Origin: a virus
DNA length: 64,000 nucleotides
Direction: 5' to 3' (one strand)
Virus record (IMG/VR): IMGVR_UViG_3300002219_000010
Span: 2,837-66,836 of that record
Below, piece by piece: positions 50,001-58,912 of this stretch (positions are counted from its first letter, which is position 1; each line of letters begins with the position of its first letter). The notes below the pieces were generated by a model, which ran no database searches, was not told the DNA's origin, and was given only the letters and a program-made list of their open reading frames with translations. A program made the translations under genes and the position numbers.

Positions 50001-53000
50001 ATGAGCAAAGAGTTCGTTAAAATAGATCTCCTCACCGAAGATGGAATCCTGTGGTCCACGGTCCGTGAAGCAGATAAATCCGGCTCCTTCCAGATAGGAC
50101 GCACAGTGGAAATTGTTGAAAAAGACGCGGTTCGGGTGGGAGAGCTATCGGGCATCGATCTGCAAAACCTTGATGCAGCAACATTTCGAAGCCTGCTCAA
50201 AGATCCAGATGTGATATCAAATATACGAGCCATACCGGACGAAGAGCTGCAATACCTTACCAAATATCTGGATGATACCCGAGTGGCCATGGTAGACGAT
50301 ATCAGAAAGACACCAGAAGTTCGCCCAGCTGTAGAGACGGTCCCAACCGAGACTCCGAGTATCAGGGTCCCGGAGGAGGCCCCGAGTCCAGGCGCAGTCA
50401 CTCCCGAAGGATTGGCATCTGAGTATCAGGAAGCTCAAAAAGCAGTTGCTGCAAAAACAGCTGAGAGGATAGCTACAGAAGATGAGCTATCAAACCTGGG
50501 CCGGCAAATGCAGGAACTGGGAGCCAAACTCGAAGATGCCCCATCCAGGGAAAAAGCTGGAATAAAATCTCAGATCGATGGCTTGAAGGCGCAGGCGGAT
50601 GCGTTGAAAAACAGGGCACGCAGACTGAATCAAGAGGTGTATGACACCAGAAACGTGCAGCAGTCCCGAGGAAACCAGTTGATAAATGGTCAGACAACCG
50701 TTGATGATCTCCTCAATCAGTTGGACGGTTTATCTGTTCGGGATGGCCGATCTGCGCTGGACGAGGCCCTGGCCAAAAGTGAGGACCTTAAAACATATCT
50801 CCGAAACACCTCCCGAGAAGAGGCCGAGCAATTGGCCATGTCCATCTCTGAAAAACTGGGAAGCGACAGGTCCGCCGCAGAAAAGATCATGGGCTTCCAT
50901 TACCAAGGGGCGGTTGGCCGCATCGACGACGTTACCAGAGCTAAAATGTCAGCTACTGACCAGGAATACATCCGCAAAGCAATGACCCGGCAACTAAATC
51001 AAAATGATTATCAGCAGGTGACCAGGATTGTTGATAACGCCGGAGCATATCAGGGCGTGTCCGCAGAAGCAGACTTAGGCCGGCTCAAGCTGGACAACAT
51101 ACTCGATTCCAGTATGGCCGGTAAGACAGATGAACTAAAGAAACTGCTCACGGATAAGGATGTTAGGGCCGCGTTGAAGGACGAAGCGTTTGCGGATGAG
51201 GCATTTGGAAAAATATACGACGTTGATCCAAACGTTGCTACCCAGTACCAGAAGGCCGCTCAGGATCGCATAATAGCCGATATGAAGGCCGATCCCAAGT
51301 ATAACAATCTGTCCGCTGGTGATAAAAAGTTCATAGATGAATTTTATTCTAAGAGGACATATACTCATGAGGATATGGAACGTCTGGCTAGAATCCGGCA
51401 AAACATGCCAGCAAGTACATTTTCCAGGCTAATCAGAGGTGGGGCAATAGGTAGCGCAAACATAATCAAAAATCTTGCCACGCATCCAAAATCATTGATT
51501 AAAGGTGCCTTTAAAACGTGGATAGTTGCAAACGGTGCGATGTTCGTCTATTTCGCAGTTGAAGAAGGCATTCAGACCATGATTCAGATGACCGGATGGA
51601 ATACTCCTATTGACGAGTACATGGAATATATGAATGGCCAGGGCATAGCCAGTTATGAACATGCCATGGAAATACTTAGTCCGTTTAACTGGATTTTGGA
51701 TAATATTCCTGGCAGTGCCATAATATTCCCAACTGCATGGGGATTTAGATGGTACGCCGAGGATGCTGCCATTGGTTTAATGAACGATAAAATAGAAAAA
51801 GGTAATCGTGCAGGTCTGTGGATTAAAGATGAAAGCTGCAAATTTGGTCCTGGTTGCTGGGGTAAAATCCGTCCAGAATCAGAAAGACCAGCGTACTGGG
51901 CGCAGCATCCCGAAACAATGGCAAATATTGATGGCGACACACTTCGTCGTATATATGATATTCAACCAGACGGTAGCATAGGTCCAAACAACCTGATAGC
52001 TAAGGGTCTCGGCATCACAGACCCCGAACTTGCAAAGCAGATTGGACTCGGTCACTTCATCAGCGCCAGCAACCAGGGTGCAAAGGATACACTGACCAAA
52101 GAGTTCGGCGGAGCATATGACTTACTGGTAAAAGGCGGGGCAGTATCCGAAATGGCAAACAAAGCCTATCTGGACGCCAAGGGATCAGCAACTGCTTTTA
52201 CCATTGATCCCAATGCCCAGTACATCGACCAGACCGGAAAAGTCATATCAGGAAAAGATGTCACGGACCCAAGTCAAATCATAGGTCAGGTAATGGCAGA
52301 TGGCACTGTCCGGCAACTATCAACGATCGGGTCAACAACTCCTGGCATGACGGCTGAAGGAATTACCGCACAGCAACGGGCAGTTCTTGCAGTAGCTCCA
52401 ACATCACTCGATGCTGCAACAAAATACGCACAGTACGGTAAAACAGGAACTGATGCAGACGCTGTAATGTGGAGATCTATCTTCCTAAAATCAGATGGAA
52501 GCCTCGATGTCGATAAACTGAAATCGATGTATCCGGACATGACAGCCGCCCAAATGAGTGCAATATTTCCAAAAGAGGCCATCAACAAGTCCATACAAAA
52601 TGACCTTGCTTCGGCTACTAGCCCAACAGAGCTGTCCAAAAAGATTGCTGAGTACAAAGCATCCGGCCTGATAGACGAGAATGCCAGAATTGAACAGTAT
52701 ATGCCGGCTGACCAGGCTGCAATCTTCACTGCCAGGCAAAATAACCCTGCGAACTTCCGGATATCTGCGACCGGGACAACTATTTCATGGATCGATGATA
52801 CTGGCTACCCCCACACCACGAACATGATCCAAAGTGGGAAATTGCTGAATCCGGCAACTGGGCAATATGATATCGACCAGAAGAAAACAACCTCCGATGG
52901 CAGCGAATATACGATAGACCCTGGGAAGTATGCTGCATTTATCAACAGTGGAAGCACCGATATCGAAGCTTTCTTGGCAGACAATGAGAACTATAATCAA

Positions 53001-53537
53001 ACCTGGCGAGGAAGCGGTACTACCAGCAAGAGCACTGGCGGCGGGGGCGGCGGGGGTGGAAGCAGCGGTTATAAAAGCGGGGGCTCGACCTATACAAAGT
53101 CAACGGGCGAGACTGGGATTTTCATAGACTCCGCTGGATTAAATGCAGAAGTGTATGAAAACGGAGCACTGATAGGTTCAACCGATGAAATAATAGGAGT
53201 TGAAGCCGGGGTTCATACGATAACCATCAAAAAAGATGGCTACAAACCATATACCCTGCCAGTTCAGGTGTATAACGGCAGCATCGCTCGGAAATCGGTG
53301 ACCTTATACCAGGACAATTCAACGACTACTAAATCCAGAGCAGTACGATTCGCAGAGGCCATGGGGGGAATAGAGGCCATTACCCCAGATCATATCGTGT
53401 ACGCATATGCGATTGCCAGAAGCAACACGGGTTTGGCCAGCTCTGCAAAATCGGAGGCTTTCCCGGCAATCACCGGAAACTGGGCCTTTGTTGCAGACGA
53501 CGTAAAGGAATTGATTGCACTATATAGGGAGGCTTAA
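44100..53537 (+). CDS. Giant 3145-aa protein (S/T/P-rich N-terminus, coiled coils, hydrophobic segments, C-terminal PEGA); putative virion core/ejection or tape-measure-like protein
   Basis: Uninterrupted ORF; PEGA-like AEVYENG...GVHTITIKKDGYKPY; hydrophobic WIVANGAMFVYFAV. Confidence 0.75.
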   Translation: MVRLGSSSKPATVSIGGSSGKTTTTPAKSSSSTSSTTQAKTPAPSITEFIKSTGPTSLPAPAPSITEFIKSTGPTSLPAYESETQTTTVTPAKAPTPTAPVSTSQTPAQAIQSSIASGVNVPITPETLAARNEGLKPLSAPIPTTGLGSKVAAVATGGALKGGIAALTEPEPVKTIKYVPITAPTYSLQETLAISEAMKKAVELATPPSINVAPVPLDEIATAPAAKVAAIANTLLENTTRLNQVLASATQPPAAIDVSSKVEAALKSSLKTGNVDKLQQTTNTILNAVNKVAEQASNVAVKKIDTEKAALYSLSNSALNNLVSIANNEFNKANAVKTATDLKSAADKSVSKILEIGKAADQVTQLAKLQVSNAVKQKMTENRTIADNAVQTATRLNAITISPGQSSSSVASAIYSQLYANTPAPAATVAERMGAINDALKPYVKSGKIDSTKIASIRQDLLPLIQAEDWSKVSTGIDSEDQRRGIGKYAAKSSTVSESKAAPTTAPVSPGIATTTGGGAGARAETKSVEKNIFAQIGDAVTGAYNTAIEKLFGTGATPETKPKTSTTAAKAAISSTPGAALDINKTYVTPTGDVLPGSKISKVEFAKGGFTEYTKPVPESSTSTTISTSVQKPPGAVAVKGSVEGRVVNVDPDVYKALKSTGYKDNQIADSLASGKMGIYASNDGKVKIAMQSSVPNAAMSDSGLFSVEPFKTVKDSTGKSVPVNEWSYRKTAYLGLSDTEIGDLGQDLLNRAATLDVGSAKKPETGWADILITELGTVLQVPDMRAADSGMFTLKPLTNAQVPDPLKDPWGYAEWVSKKPYMALMGEGFENGYQLQPTVQGLIQLDKIAKDLAKPGSTFTDVPVIGGMNQYELFKNALTYADAETVAEIAKNNPRVILGAATDPVMQPVLESKLGSTEYKSTLDKAMTPAEKKFTKDVEKERGFSSALTYLPRGSDATDLQLYKGVQVLAFAESIVTEPLTPSEAVNTALAPVIIFGVAPIRLVSKAGKIEEGLRLMKASDGTIDAYRGTELVGKIGYSVDNPNIIRLETMDGKIFELSKDGKEAVEVAATAKTTVAGEKTVTGKPIIPVATAADAGKVPIVSSTAPGIGIRAADVEGGLLTTPTDAKTAAGIDISRSVTGEPITAETLAARNAGLKPIGAASEKTTSFKGVKTEAATETKFFDTKKNVIVDDGFKQFDVVDPTGNRFTIAKVRDTGVMETTDGRYLVDIDGKGNYYQVHKDYVPANKVVLTTDEYGNPAITKVSRPGSVDTWQVTYTDDFGEVQNVVTTRKITTNDDALELAVEWDARLKASPDQYQPVGSHAPTPVADEMLGGPNGYGGEMGDAGPIGGGGGGYIDDATGGNIVTGQDVSQWTYNQNWGAELRSIDNGKTWQVKDPETGNILSTTEYEELVLQRTADRSPKYDAELNTYTKLNKDGSRVYQDSAGNWVSKTDLDAERAAIARNNPTYTYGIDEAKNNARTRTNSATGDVQYMDPQTGNWMSKEQFEKLLAAEETPIWNSEGGYYYFRKNDGTFEILNPYTNVRQTPEEYGKYLSDRLAETTPTTTTPTTTPTTTTPTTTPVEYTPSYVTPTQTELSDLYNSLVSSLASREGGADAVADAWTRFTQTDDFGKFTQSGDVSLLAKAKNGEVLTETEIARVQYLRSQMSDTARIAFDEAVGETPINIMSLSDFQNHVTASRDSIKNLSDADIKSSNLGPDKEIIVHQSKAEANMDDFLQFEEFKSASKADQDVIMDEIRYFIGEPTTTSNLLDKFNTIKSTWTAKATLAWNKIVEALKSAKELISQMPASWIDDNADFNMAELILGNSKYSDILVVTGTKGPTKASLVKAFEKATQEGTVIAGANDWQAAVHKFKKMDGWVVRSPEGEFSFIRKNDIVFSADEAMNVAATPAKMFFWEKPVNVPTEFKVPDNASGSKVVAINKADPYAADEAVWKGLTESGGLDFDMSKEFVKIDLLTEDGILWSTVREADKSGSFQIGRTVEIVEKDAVRVGELSGIDLQNLDAATFRSLLKDPDVISNIRAIPDEELQYLTKYLDDTRVAMVDDIRKTPEVRPAVETVPTETPSIRVPEEAPSPGAVTPEGLASEYQEAQKAVAAKTAERIATEDELSNLGRQMQELGAKLEDAPSREKAGIKSQIDGLKAQADALKNRARRLNQEVYDTRNVQQSRGNQLINGQTTVDDLLNQLDGLSVRDGRSALDEALAKSEDLKTYLRNTSREEAEQLAMSISEKLGSDRSAAEKIMGFHYQGAVGRIDDVTRAKMSATDQEYIRKAMTRQLNQNDYQQVTRIVDNAGAYQGVSAEADLGRLKLDNILDSSMAGKTDELKKLLTDKDVRAALKDEAFADEAFGKIYDVDPNVATQYQKAAQDRIIADMKADPKYNNLSAGDKKFIDEFYSKRTYTHEDMERLARIRQNMPASTFSRLIRGGAIGSANIIKNLATHPKSLIKGAFKTWIVANGAMFVYFAVEEGIQTMIQMTGWNTPIDEYMEYMNGQGIASYEHAMEILSPFNWILDNIPGSAIIFPTAWGFRWYAEDAAIGLMNDKIEKGNRAGLWIKDESCKFGPGCWGKIRPESERPAYWAQHPETMANIDGDTLRRIYDIQPDGSIGPNNLIAKGLGITDPELAKQIGLGHFISASNQGAKDTLTKEFGGAYDLLVKGGAVSEMANKAYLDAKGSATAFTIDPNAQYIDQTGKVISGKDVTDPSQIIGQVMADGTVRQLSTIGSTTPGMTAEGITAQQRAVLAVAPTSLDAATKYAQYGKTGTDADAVMWRSIFLKSDGSLDVDKLKSMYPDMTAAQMSAIFPKEAINKSIQNDLASATSPTELSKKIAEYKASGLIDENARIEQYMPADQAAIFTARQNNPANFRISATGTTISWIDDTGYPHTTNMIQSGKLLNPATGQYDIDQKKTTSDGSEYTIDPGKYAAFINSGSTDIEAFLADNENYNQTWRGSGTTSKSTGGGGGGGGSSGYKSGGSTYTKSTGETGIFIDSAGLNAEVYENGALIGSTDEIIGVEAGVHTITIKKDGYKPYTLPVQVYNGSIARKSVTLYQDNSTTTKSRAVRFAEAMGGIEAITPDHIVYAYAIARSNTGLASSAKSEAFPAITGNWAFVADDVKELIALYREA
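44221..44334 (+). repeat. Tandem 57-bp coding duplication
   Basis: Two near-identical copies encoding PAPSITEFIKSTGPTSLPA. Confidence 0.9.
48790..48851 (+). repeat. Coding TTPTT repeat linker
   Basis: TTPTTTTPTTTPTTTTPTTTP. Confidence 0.8.
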
Positions 53538-54734
53538 ATGTCAATTGCCGAATCCAGAAAAAGCTATTTATCCACCCATTTTTTTTCGGGCGGGACAATA
53601 AGCTCTGAAGGAATGATAAATGCCATACTTGCCGATCTGAATAACACCGAGGATGTAGCCCCGGATGATATCGTTTGGATTTTTTCGGCTCTTGGGACCA
53701 AATACAATCCACCTGAGGTAGAACTCGAAATTACCGGAAAGGTAACCGAGGTTGTTGATGGTTCCACGATCAAGGCGCTTATGGATTGTGCTCCTGGTCA
53801 GGTTTGTGACCTAATACCAAAAACAGTCATCCTTTACGGGGTATTTCCCAGAACAAGAAACGCCGAGGCTAAAGAATGGCTGACATTGCACTTACCCATT
53901 GGATCAGAAATAACCCTAACACCGGTTGGAAACAACTATATCGTAACTAAAGGAAGCGAGGTCATCAATAACTCGCTAAACAGTTATATAGACAACCTGG
54001 GGCAGATTACAGAAACAACCGGATACGATATGATGGCGGTCGTGATGGAAGTCACTGATGGAGATACAATACAGGTAACCCAACAATGTCTTCCAGGACA
54101 GCTTTGTGTGACCACACCATTTAATGTTCGACTGCATGGCATCTCTTCATCTGAGATGAATTTCCCAGCTGGCAGAACCGCCAAAACCTGGCTTTATGAT
54201 CAAATACCACCAGGGACCGTAGTTAAGTTGGCCATAAAGGGAGAAGACTCGTATGGCAGGATCATAGCGGCCATATATTATCCAACAGATGACACTGTTA
54301 GTATCAACACCAAGATGATTGCCGCTGGAAAGACGACCGGCTACAATCCAACTGCCGAATCCATGGATGCCAAGGCCGCCGTAAAGTATGTTGGGGGCAT
54401 AGCCAACGCATATCCGGCTGCATGTACTTCAACTGTGACAAAGCCGTCTGCGGTTCTAAGTCTGATATCTCCAGTATGCAATACCGTAAAGAAAGACGGA
54501 ACTGAAACCTGGTTTGGATACACTGTAAAGAACGTTGGGGATAAAACTTGGAAGGGATGGCTGGGCGTTGTTGTCACAGATAACGATTCAAAGAAAACAT
54601 ATCAATACATGGGAGATCCGTTGAAATATAGCTCAATTGCCCCCGGCGAAACCAAGACCTTGTATGCGAAATTCATGGTGCCGCAGGACTTTGGAAACAA
54701 GATATCTTGGGATGCCATTATCAACAGTACCTGA
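53538..54734 (+). CDS. Tandem thermonuclease (SNase) domain protein with a C-terminal Ig/CARDB-like domain
   Basis: Degenerate VVDGSTI copy, then intact VTDGDTI, VRLHGISSSE, DSYGRIIA; VKNVGD...IAPGETK. Confidence 0.8.
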   Translation: MSIAESRKSYLSTHFFSGGTISSEGMINAILADLNNTEDVAPDDIVWIFSALGTKYNPPEVELEITGKVTEVVDGSTIKALMDCAPGQVCDLIPKTVILYGVFPRTRNAEAKEWLTLHLPIGSEITLTPVGNNYIVTKGSEVINNSLNSYIDNLGQITETTGYDMMAVVMEVTDGDTIQVTQQCLPGQLCVTTPFNVRLHGISSSEMNFPAGRTAKTWLYDQIPPGTVVKLAIKGEDSYGRIIAAIYYPTDDTVSINTKMIAAGKTTGYNPTAESMDAKAAVKYVGGIANAYPAACTSTVTKPSAVLSLISPVCNTVKKDGTETWFGYTVKNVGDKTWKGWLGVVVTDNDSKKTYQYMGDPLKYSSIAPGETKTLYAKFMVPQDFGNKISWDAIINST

Positions 54735-54798
54735 ATTTCCTTATTTTTTTCGTAACCGAAACCTATTTCAATGAGAGTACCTATTCAAGACTTGTGAT

Positions 54799-55080
54799 AT
54801 GATGGCAACTTTAGAAGATCTGAGAATAGTTAACGAGGCACTGACGTCTTGCAAAACAGCAAATGAGATTGCACACAACGTAAAGCTTCCAATAGAAACC
54901 GTGACCGAATGTCTCGACACTTTAAAATCAATGGGGGTAATCAGTAAGGATAGTTTTTCTGATGTATATTGCCCCATCGAGGAAGTCGCAGAGAATATAT
55001 GTATGCAGTGTAATAGAATAGTAAAAGATCTCGGAGGTGACAAAACTGACGGAGACAACGTGCAAAACGAAGGATCTTAA
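54799..55080 (+). CDS. HTH DNA-binding protein
   Basis: TANEIAHNVKLPIETVTECL..L..MGVI. Confidence 0.65.
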   Translation: MMATLEDLRIVNEALTSCKTANEIAHNVKLPIETVTECLDTLKSMGVISKDSFSDVYCPIEEVAENICMQCNRIVKDLGGDKTDGDNVQNEGS

Positions 55081-55264
55081 AAAGAGTAAGATTGCATGGG
55101 GCGGACTTATTGTGACTATACTCGGGGCCATCCAGTTAAGTATGGTTGGTGTAGACATCACGGAGTTTCAGACTCTCGAAACTGCGGTGCCTGCTGCAAT
55201 AACGATGCTGTCTGGTATTGCGATCATAGTGTGGCGAAATTCGTCGCAATATATAATTAGGTGA
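55037..55264 (+). CDS. Small two-TM membrane protein (holin-like)
   Basis: SKIAWGGLIVTIL...AITMLSGIAIIVWR. Confidence 0.6.
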   Translation: MTKLTETTCKTKDLKKSKIAWGGLIVTILGAIQLSMVGVDITEFQTLETAVPAAITMLSGIAIIVWRNSSQYIIR

Positions 55265-55267
55265 TCC

Positions 55268-56029
55268 ATGTTTTCACTTTTTTTTGATAACAACGAAAAG
55301 CAAGGTAAGCGGCCTGACTTTTTGGACGAAGCCTGGACTTATTATAAGAAAAGAATAAATAAGCCAGAACCAGCAAACCTAGACTTCGATCTTATGCTGG
55401 TAGATGAAGAATCCGGTAAACAGGTTGGAGCAGAGATTAAGGAACTCGACGATTTTTGGGGCAGCCTTCCACCAAGGGGTCGGCTAGGTCGGCAATGCAT
55501 GGATATAGCCCTAAAATGTGACTACGGATATCTAAGCATACTTGGTAGTCTGTCGGAGCTGATCGAGTCTATTCCTCCATACTACAAGACTGACGAGGGA
55601 AACATAATAGAAAAACCAGAAGAACGAATGACACTAGATGAGAACATGGTATATGCTGTTCTCGGCGATATCAAATCTCTAGGAGTGTTGCCGGTTTTTT
55701 TGTCGCGAAACCCAATCGATTCGTTTCGGTTGCTGATTAACTATATGATCCACGATGTCATCAGTGACCCGCCTATAACCTTGTGTAGCAAGCCTCGTAA
55801 AAACATGCATGCTATAAACGTACTCTGCAATCTACCAGGAATCGGGTGGGAAAGAGCAGAAGCTATATTGGAACAGTATGGCTCTGTCTCCGAGTTCTTA
55901 CAGGAAGCGCAGGTCTGCCTAGACAGCGACAACTTAGGGCCTCTGGAAAATCTCAAGATAAACGGCAGGCGGTTCGGTAAGTCTGCTCATAAGATGTTCC
56001 AGGTTGACGGTATCTGGGGTTTGGCATGA
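55268..56029 (+). CDS. ERCC4/XPF-like (Hef/Mus81-type) structure-specific nuclease with HhH
   Basis: DNNE, D..L, EIKELDDFWGSL..GRL..Q; HhH LPGIGWERAEAIL. Confidence 0.75.
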   Translation: MFSLFFDNNEKQGKRPDFLDEAWTYYKKRINKPEPANLDFDLMLVDEESGKQVGAEIKELDDFWGSLPPRGRLGRQCMDIALKCDYGYLSILGSLSELIESIPPYYKTDEGNIIEKPEERMTLDENMVYAVLGDIKSLGVLPVFLSRNPIDSFRLLINYMIHDVISDPPITLCSKPRKNMHAINVLCNLPGIGWERAEAILEQYGSVSEFLQEAQVCLDSDNLGPLENLKINGRRFGKSAHKMFQVDGIWGLA

Positions 56030-56108
56030 AATCGCTATTTGTATAAAGTATCTATTTTTTATATGCCCGACGGAAACCTATATATACAATTGTAACACCG
56101 TGTATCAT

Positions 56109-56255
56109 ATGTCACAAGATGATACGGTAACAATCCGGGTGACAGTGAACCAACGTGACCGAATGAAGAAGTTTGGATATGCGGGGGATTCTATGTCGAT
56201 AGCCGTCGAAAATTTGCTTCGTATAGCAGAAGCAACGAGGACAGAACATGACTAA
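56109..56255 (+). CDS. Small RHH-like protein
   Basis: VTIRVT...RDRMKKFG..GDSM...VENLL; TATA at ~56079. Confidence 0.65.
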   Translation: MSQDDTVTIRVTVNQRDRMKKFGYAGDSMSIAVENLLRIAEATRTEHD

Positions 56256-56955
56256 GAACCAAGGAGAGATATTTGATGCAGAAAAGATCATGCCACCGGT
56301 GTTTCAATTTGTGTCAAATGACTTTAATTCGGCTTGGGAAAACGCAATACGAAATGTGTTGATGACTGGCAAACAAATCGTATTTGGTGGGCCAGGAGAG
56401 ACCAAAAAAGCCATAGATACGGTCCAAACAATAGTGCTGAATTACAATGCAGTAAATCAGATACTGGCGAGACAGATACATCCAAAATTTCCATTCAAAA
56501 TGGTAGACCAATATACAAGAGAATTCACGCAAGAGTTTCTGGACGAGCATCATGAATTCGCATACCTATACTATGACAGGTTAACAAGAGACAACCAAAT
56601 CAACAACATGCGTATAAATTTAAGTGAACAAATGACATCCGGTACATCGTCAAACCGAAACCAAATGACAACGTGGATTCCATGGATAGACCAACGTGTT
56701 TCAGCAACGCCGTGCCTTCAACGAATCAAAGTTAGATATGAAGGAGACAACACGGTTTCGGTCATATTCGACTGGAGATCAAGAGATTTATTCGGAGCGT
56801 GGCAAGTAAATCTCGTGGGGTTAATAGATATGTTGCAGCGGGAAGTGACTGAGCCAAATGAATGCAAAATAGCCAGGATTATAGACCGGAACGACTCACT
56901 ACACATCTATAACAGTGATCTGCAAGCAGCGAAACAGGTGATGAACGATGCTTGA
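56248..56955 (+). CDS. thyA: Archaeal-type thymidylate synthase
   Basis: FAYLYYDRL, catalytic PCLQ, WRSRD..GAW..N, SLHIY. Confidence 0.85.
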   Translation: MTKNQGEIFDAEKIMPPVFQFVSNDFNSAWENAIRNVLMTGKQIVFGGPGETKKAIDTVQTIVLNYNAVNQILARQIHPKFPFKMVDQYTREFTQEFLDEHHEFAYLYYDRLTRDNQINNMRINLSEQMTSGTSSNRNQMTTWIPWIDQRVSATPCLQRIKVRYEGDNTVSVIFDWRSRDLFGAWQVNLVGLIDMLQREVTEPNECKIARIIDRNDSLHIYNSDLQAAKQVMNDA

Positions 56956-57259
56956 AAGAACCACTCGAACCCTTCACCTAATGGAAAAGGACAAAAAAAC
57001 TCCGCTGGATCGTATCGTGATCCTGAACAAAGAAATAGCTCAGGTAGCATATGAAATTCTGCAATGTAGGATCTTTCCAGGTGAGGCATCTGCGCATATG
57101 GCAAATGCCAGACTGGAATTGGGTGATGCGATGGTGCAGATCGAAATGTTATGCCATGATTTACACCAGCAACCAGATGAGATCAAAAAACTTGGCATAA
57201 CCCATACGTTTGAAAGATTCCAAGAATTTGAAGAACGAGGGTGGGGCAATGAAAGATAG
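56948..57259 (+). CDS. MazG-like nucleotide pyrophosphohydrolase
   Basis: L.KEIAQV...ELGDAMVQ helical pattern; adjacent to thyA. Confidence 0.55.
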   Translation: MLERTTRTLHLMEKDKKTPLDRIVILNKEIAQVAYEILQCRIFPGEASAHMANARLELGDAMVQIEMLCHDLHQQPDEIKKLGITHTFERFQEFEERGWGNER

Positions 57260-57614
57260 ACTATTCGTACCGTTAAATAAGCACTGGTATGATTTATTTC
57301 TTGAAGGAAAAAAGAAATGGGAAATAAGGGGCCTTAGCAACCGATTCAACAGGCAAACCGTTCGAGTAGGTCGAGACGTAGAGCTACGGCGAGGATACGC
57401 AAAAGAAGGAGCTATCTGGGGAAAAATCGTAGAAGTGCATATAGTGTCCACAGTATATATCCCAATAATAAATGTCCTGGAAGAACTATTTCCAATACCA
57501 AAAAGTAGCCCTCTGTGGGATGAAATCCAAGAATACAACGCAAAATATTCGAAGTTCATCGTATTCAAAATTGAAGTAAATAAAAACATGACAATAAAGG
57601 AGACAAAATCATGA
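57249..57614 (+). CDS. ASCH/PUA-like domain protein
   Basis: WYDLFLEGKKKWEIR...VG. Confidence 0.65.
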   Translation: MKDRLFVPLNKHWYDLFLEGKKKWEIRGLSNRFNRQTVRVGRDVELRRGYAKEGAIWGKIVEVHIVSTVYIPIINVLEELFPIPKSSPLWDEIQEYNAKYSKFIVFKIEVNKNMTIKETKS

Positions 57615-57847
57615 TTTGCGGGCATTGCCCATTGTTATTGATTCGTGGTGATCGGTATTACTGCGAGAATTTGGTAGGCTTCGATCTGGAAGTCCGATGG
57701 CACGATGACTACATGAAAAGATTTTCGGATATAACCGCGTGGCATTGCGGGCATGCAACTCTCTGGATAATGCATAGCAGCGGAAAACAAGAATGGATAC
57801 CATTGGCGTCAGTCAGACGGATTTCCTCAGTGGAGAAATCTCCATGA
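57611..57847 (+). CDS. Hypothetical protein
   Basis: CGHC...YYC; ATGA overlaps. Confidence 0.5.
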   Translation: MICGHCPLLLIRGDRYYCENLVGFDLEVRWHDDYMKRFSDITAWHCGHATLWIMHSSGKQEWIPLASVRRISSVEKSP

Positions 57848-58716
57848 CCTTCGATTTGGAGAAGGCGCGGGATGCCGCGAAATTCGACGATCACATGGCG
57901 ATCACTATGTTTCCTCTCGCCATCGCCGAAATCGAGCGGCTGCGGGCTGATTATGACAAGCTGAAATCAAGTCTACTGGTAATCGATGGCTGTAAGAAAC
58001 TGATGAATCAGGCCGCCCGGATCGATGAACTAGAGGCTGATAATCAGAATCTTGTGACTCTGAATAAGTCTCTGATGAATAATGATTGGATTCTGAGGGA
58101 CAATAATAGAAAGTACCGGAAACGAGCGCAGAAAGCGGAACTCCTGAACAAAGAACTCAAAGCCGATCTGGAGCAGTCTGAGCGAGTGGTCGAGGCCCGG
58201 TTGGACGTCATCGACCAGCAGGCGGCCAAGATCCGGGAGCTTGAGGATGCACTGCGTGACGCAATCCAACCAGGAGATGCAGACAAGATAGATACATTCC
58301 TACGAGATTGCATGTGTCCTGATTCGGAGGGGCCAAACGAGTGTTGTATGTGCCCAGAAGACACGATCGAGTTTTGCGATCTGCTAAAACGGGTGCGGGT
58401 AGCCAGCCAGCAACTTCAAGCAGAGGGCAAGATCGGGCCGGATGCCAGGCCAAAATGCGATCACGAATGGCAAGCAGCCCTAGAAGAGCGAGGGTACCAA
58501 ACATGTCTCAAATGCGGAGAGTGCCGAGACATCAAGGATATCCCACGGACTCCTGCCTGGCAGATCACGGAGGACAGAGTTACAGCAATAGACCAAGGAC
58601 TACGGTTCTTGGAATGGAGCAACGCAAAAACTGGCCATGTAGAAACAAAGAAACGTATTGCAATACTTAAAACGATGTTGGAAGAGGCTAGTGATAAGCA
58701 TGGTTTCGAAAGATGA
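57844..58716 (+). CDS. Mosaic coiled-coil protein with Cys-rich inserts (Ead/Ea22-like)
   Basis: AEIERLRA, QAARIDELE and QAAKIRELE repeats; CDHEW..CLKCG. Confidence 0.55.
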   Translation: MTFDLEKARDAAKFDDHMAITMFPLAIAEIERLRADYDKLKSSLLVIDGCKKLMNQAARIDELEADNQNLVTLNKSLMNNDWILRDNNRKYRKRAQKAELLNKELKADLEQSERVVEARLDVIDQQAAKIRELEDALRDAIQPGDADKIDTFLRDCMCPDSEGPNECCMCPEDTIEFCDLLKRVRVASQQLQAEGKIGPDARPKCDHEWQAALEERGYQTCLKCGECRDIKDIPRTPAWQITEDRVTAIDQGLRFLEWSNAKTGHVETKKRIAILKTMLEEASDKHGFER

Positions 58717-58912
58717 AATAAAATGCACATCGAGACGATTTGCCAAGAGAAGTTGCGAAAAACATATCAGAAACAAGCAAGATTGGATTACTGGATTTAA
58801 TATGGGATACGAAGCAGCAATGCGGTTGAAATATGTAAAAACGAGACAAGATATGCACAATTTGCTAAGAATAATGTATAAACGAAACGATGTACTGGAG
58901 GACACCACATGA
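58700..58912 (+). CDS. Hypothetical protein
   Basis: W..GF..GYEA motif. Confidence 0.45.
   Translation: MVSKDEIKCTSRRFAKRSCEKHIRNKQDWITGFNMGYEAAMRLKYVKTRQDMHNLLRIMYKRNDVLEDTT

Noticed and set aside
44411..53000. Many antisense ORFs within the giant gene
   Set aside because: Shadow frames caused by codon bias
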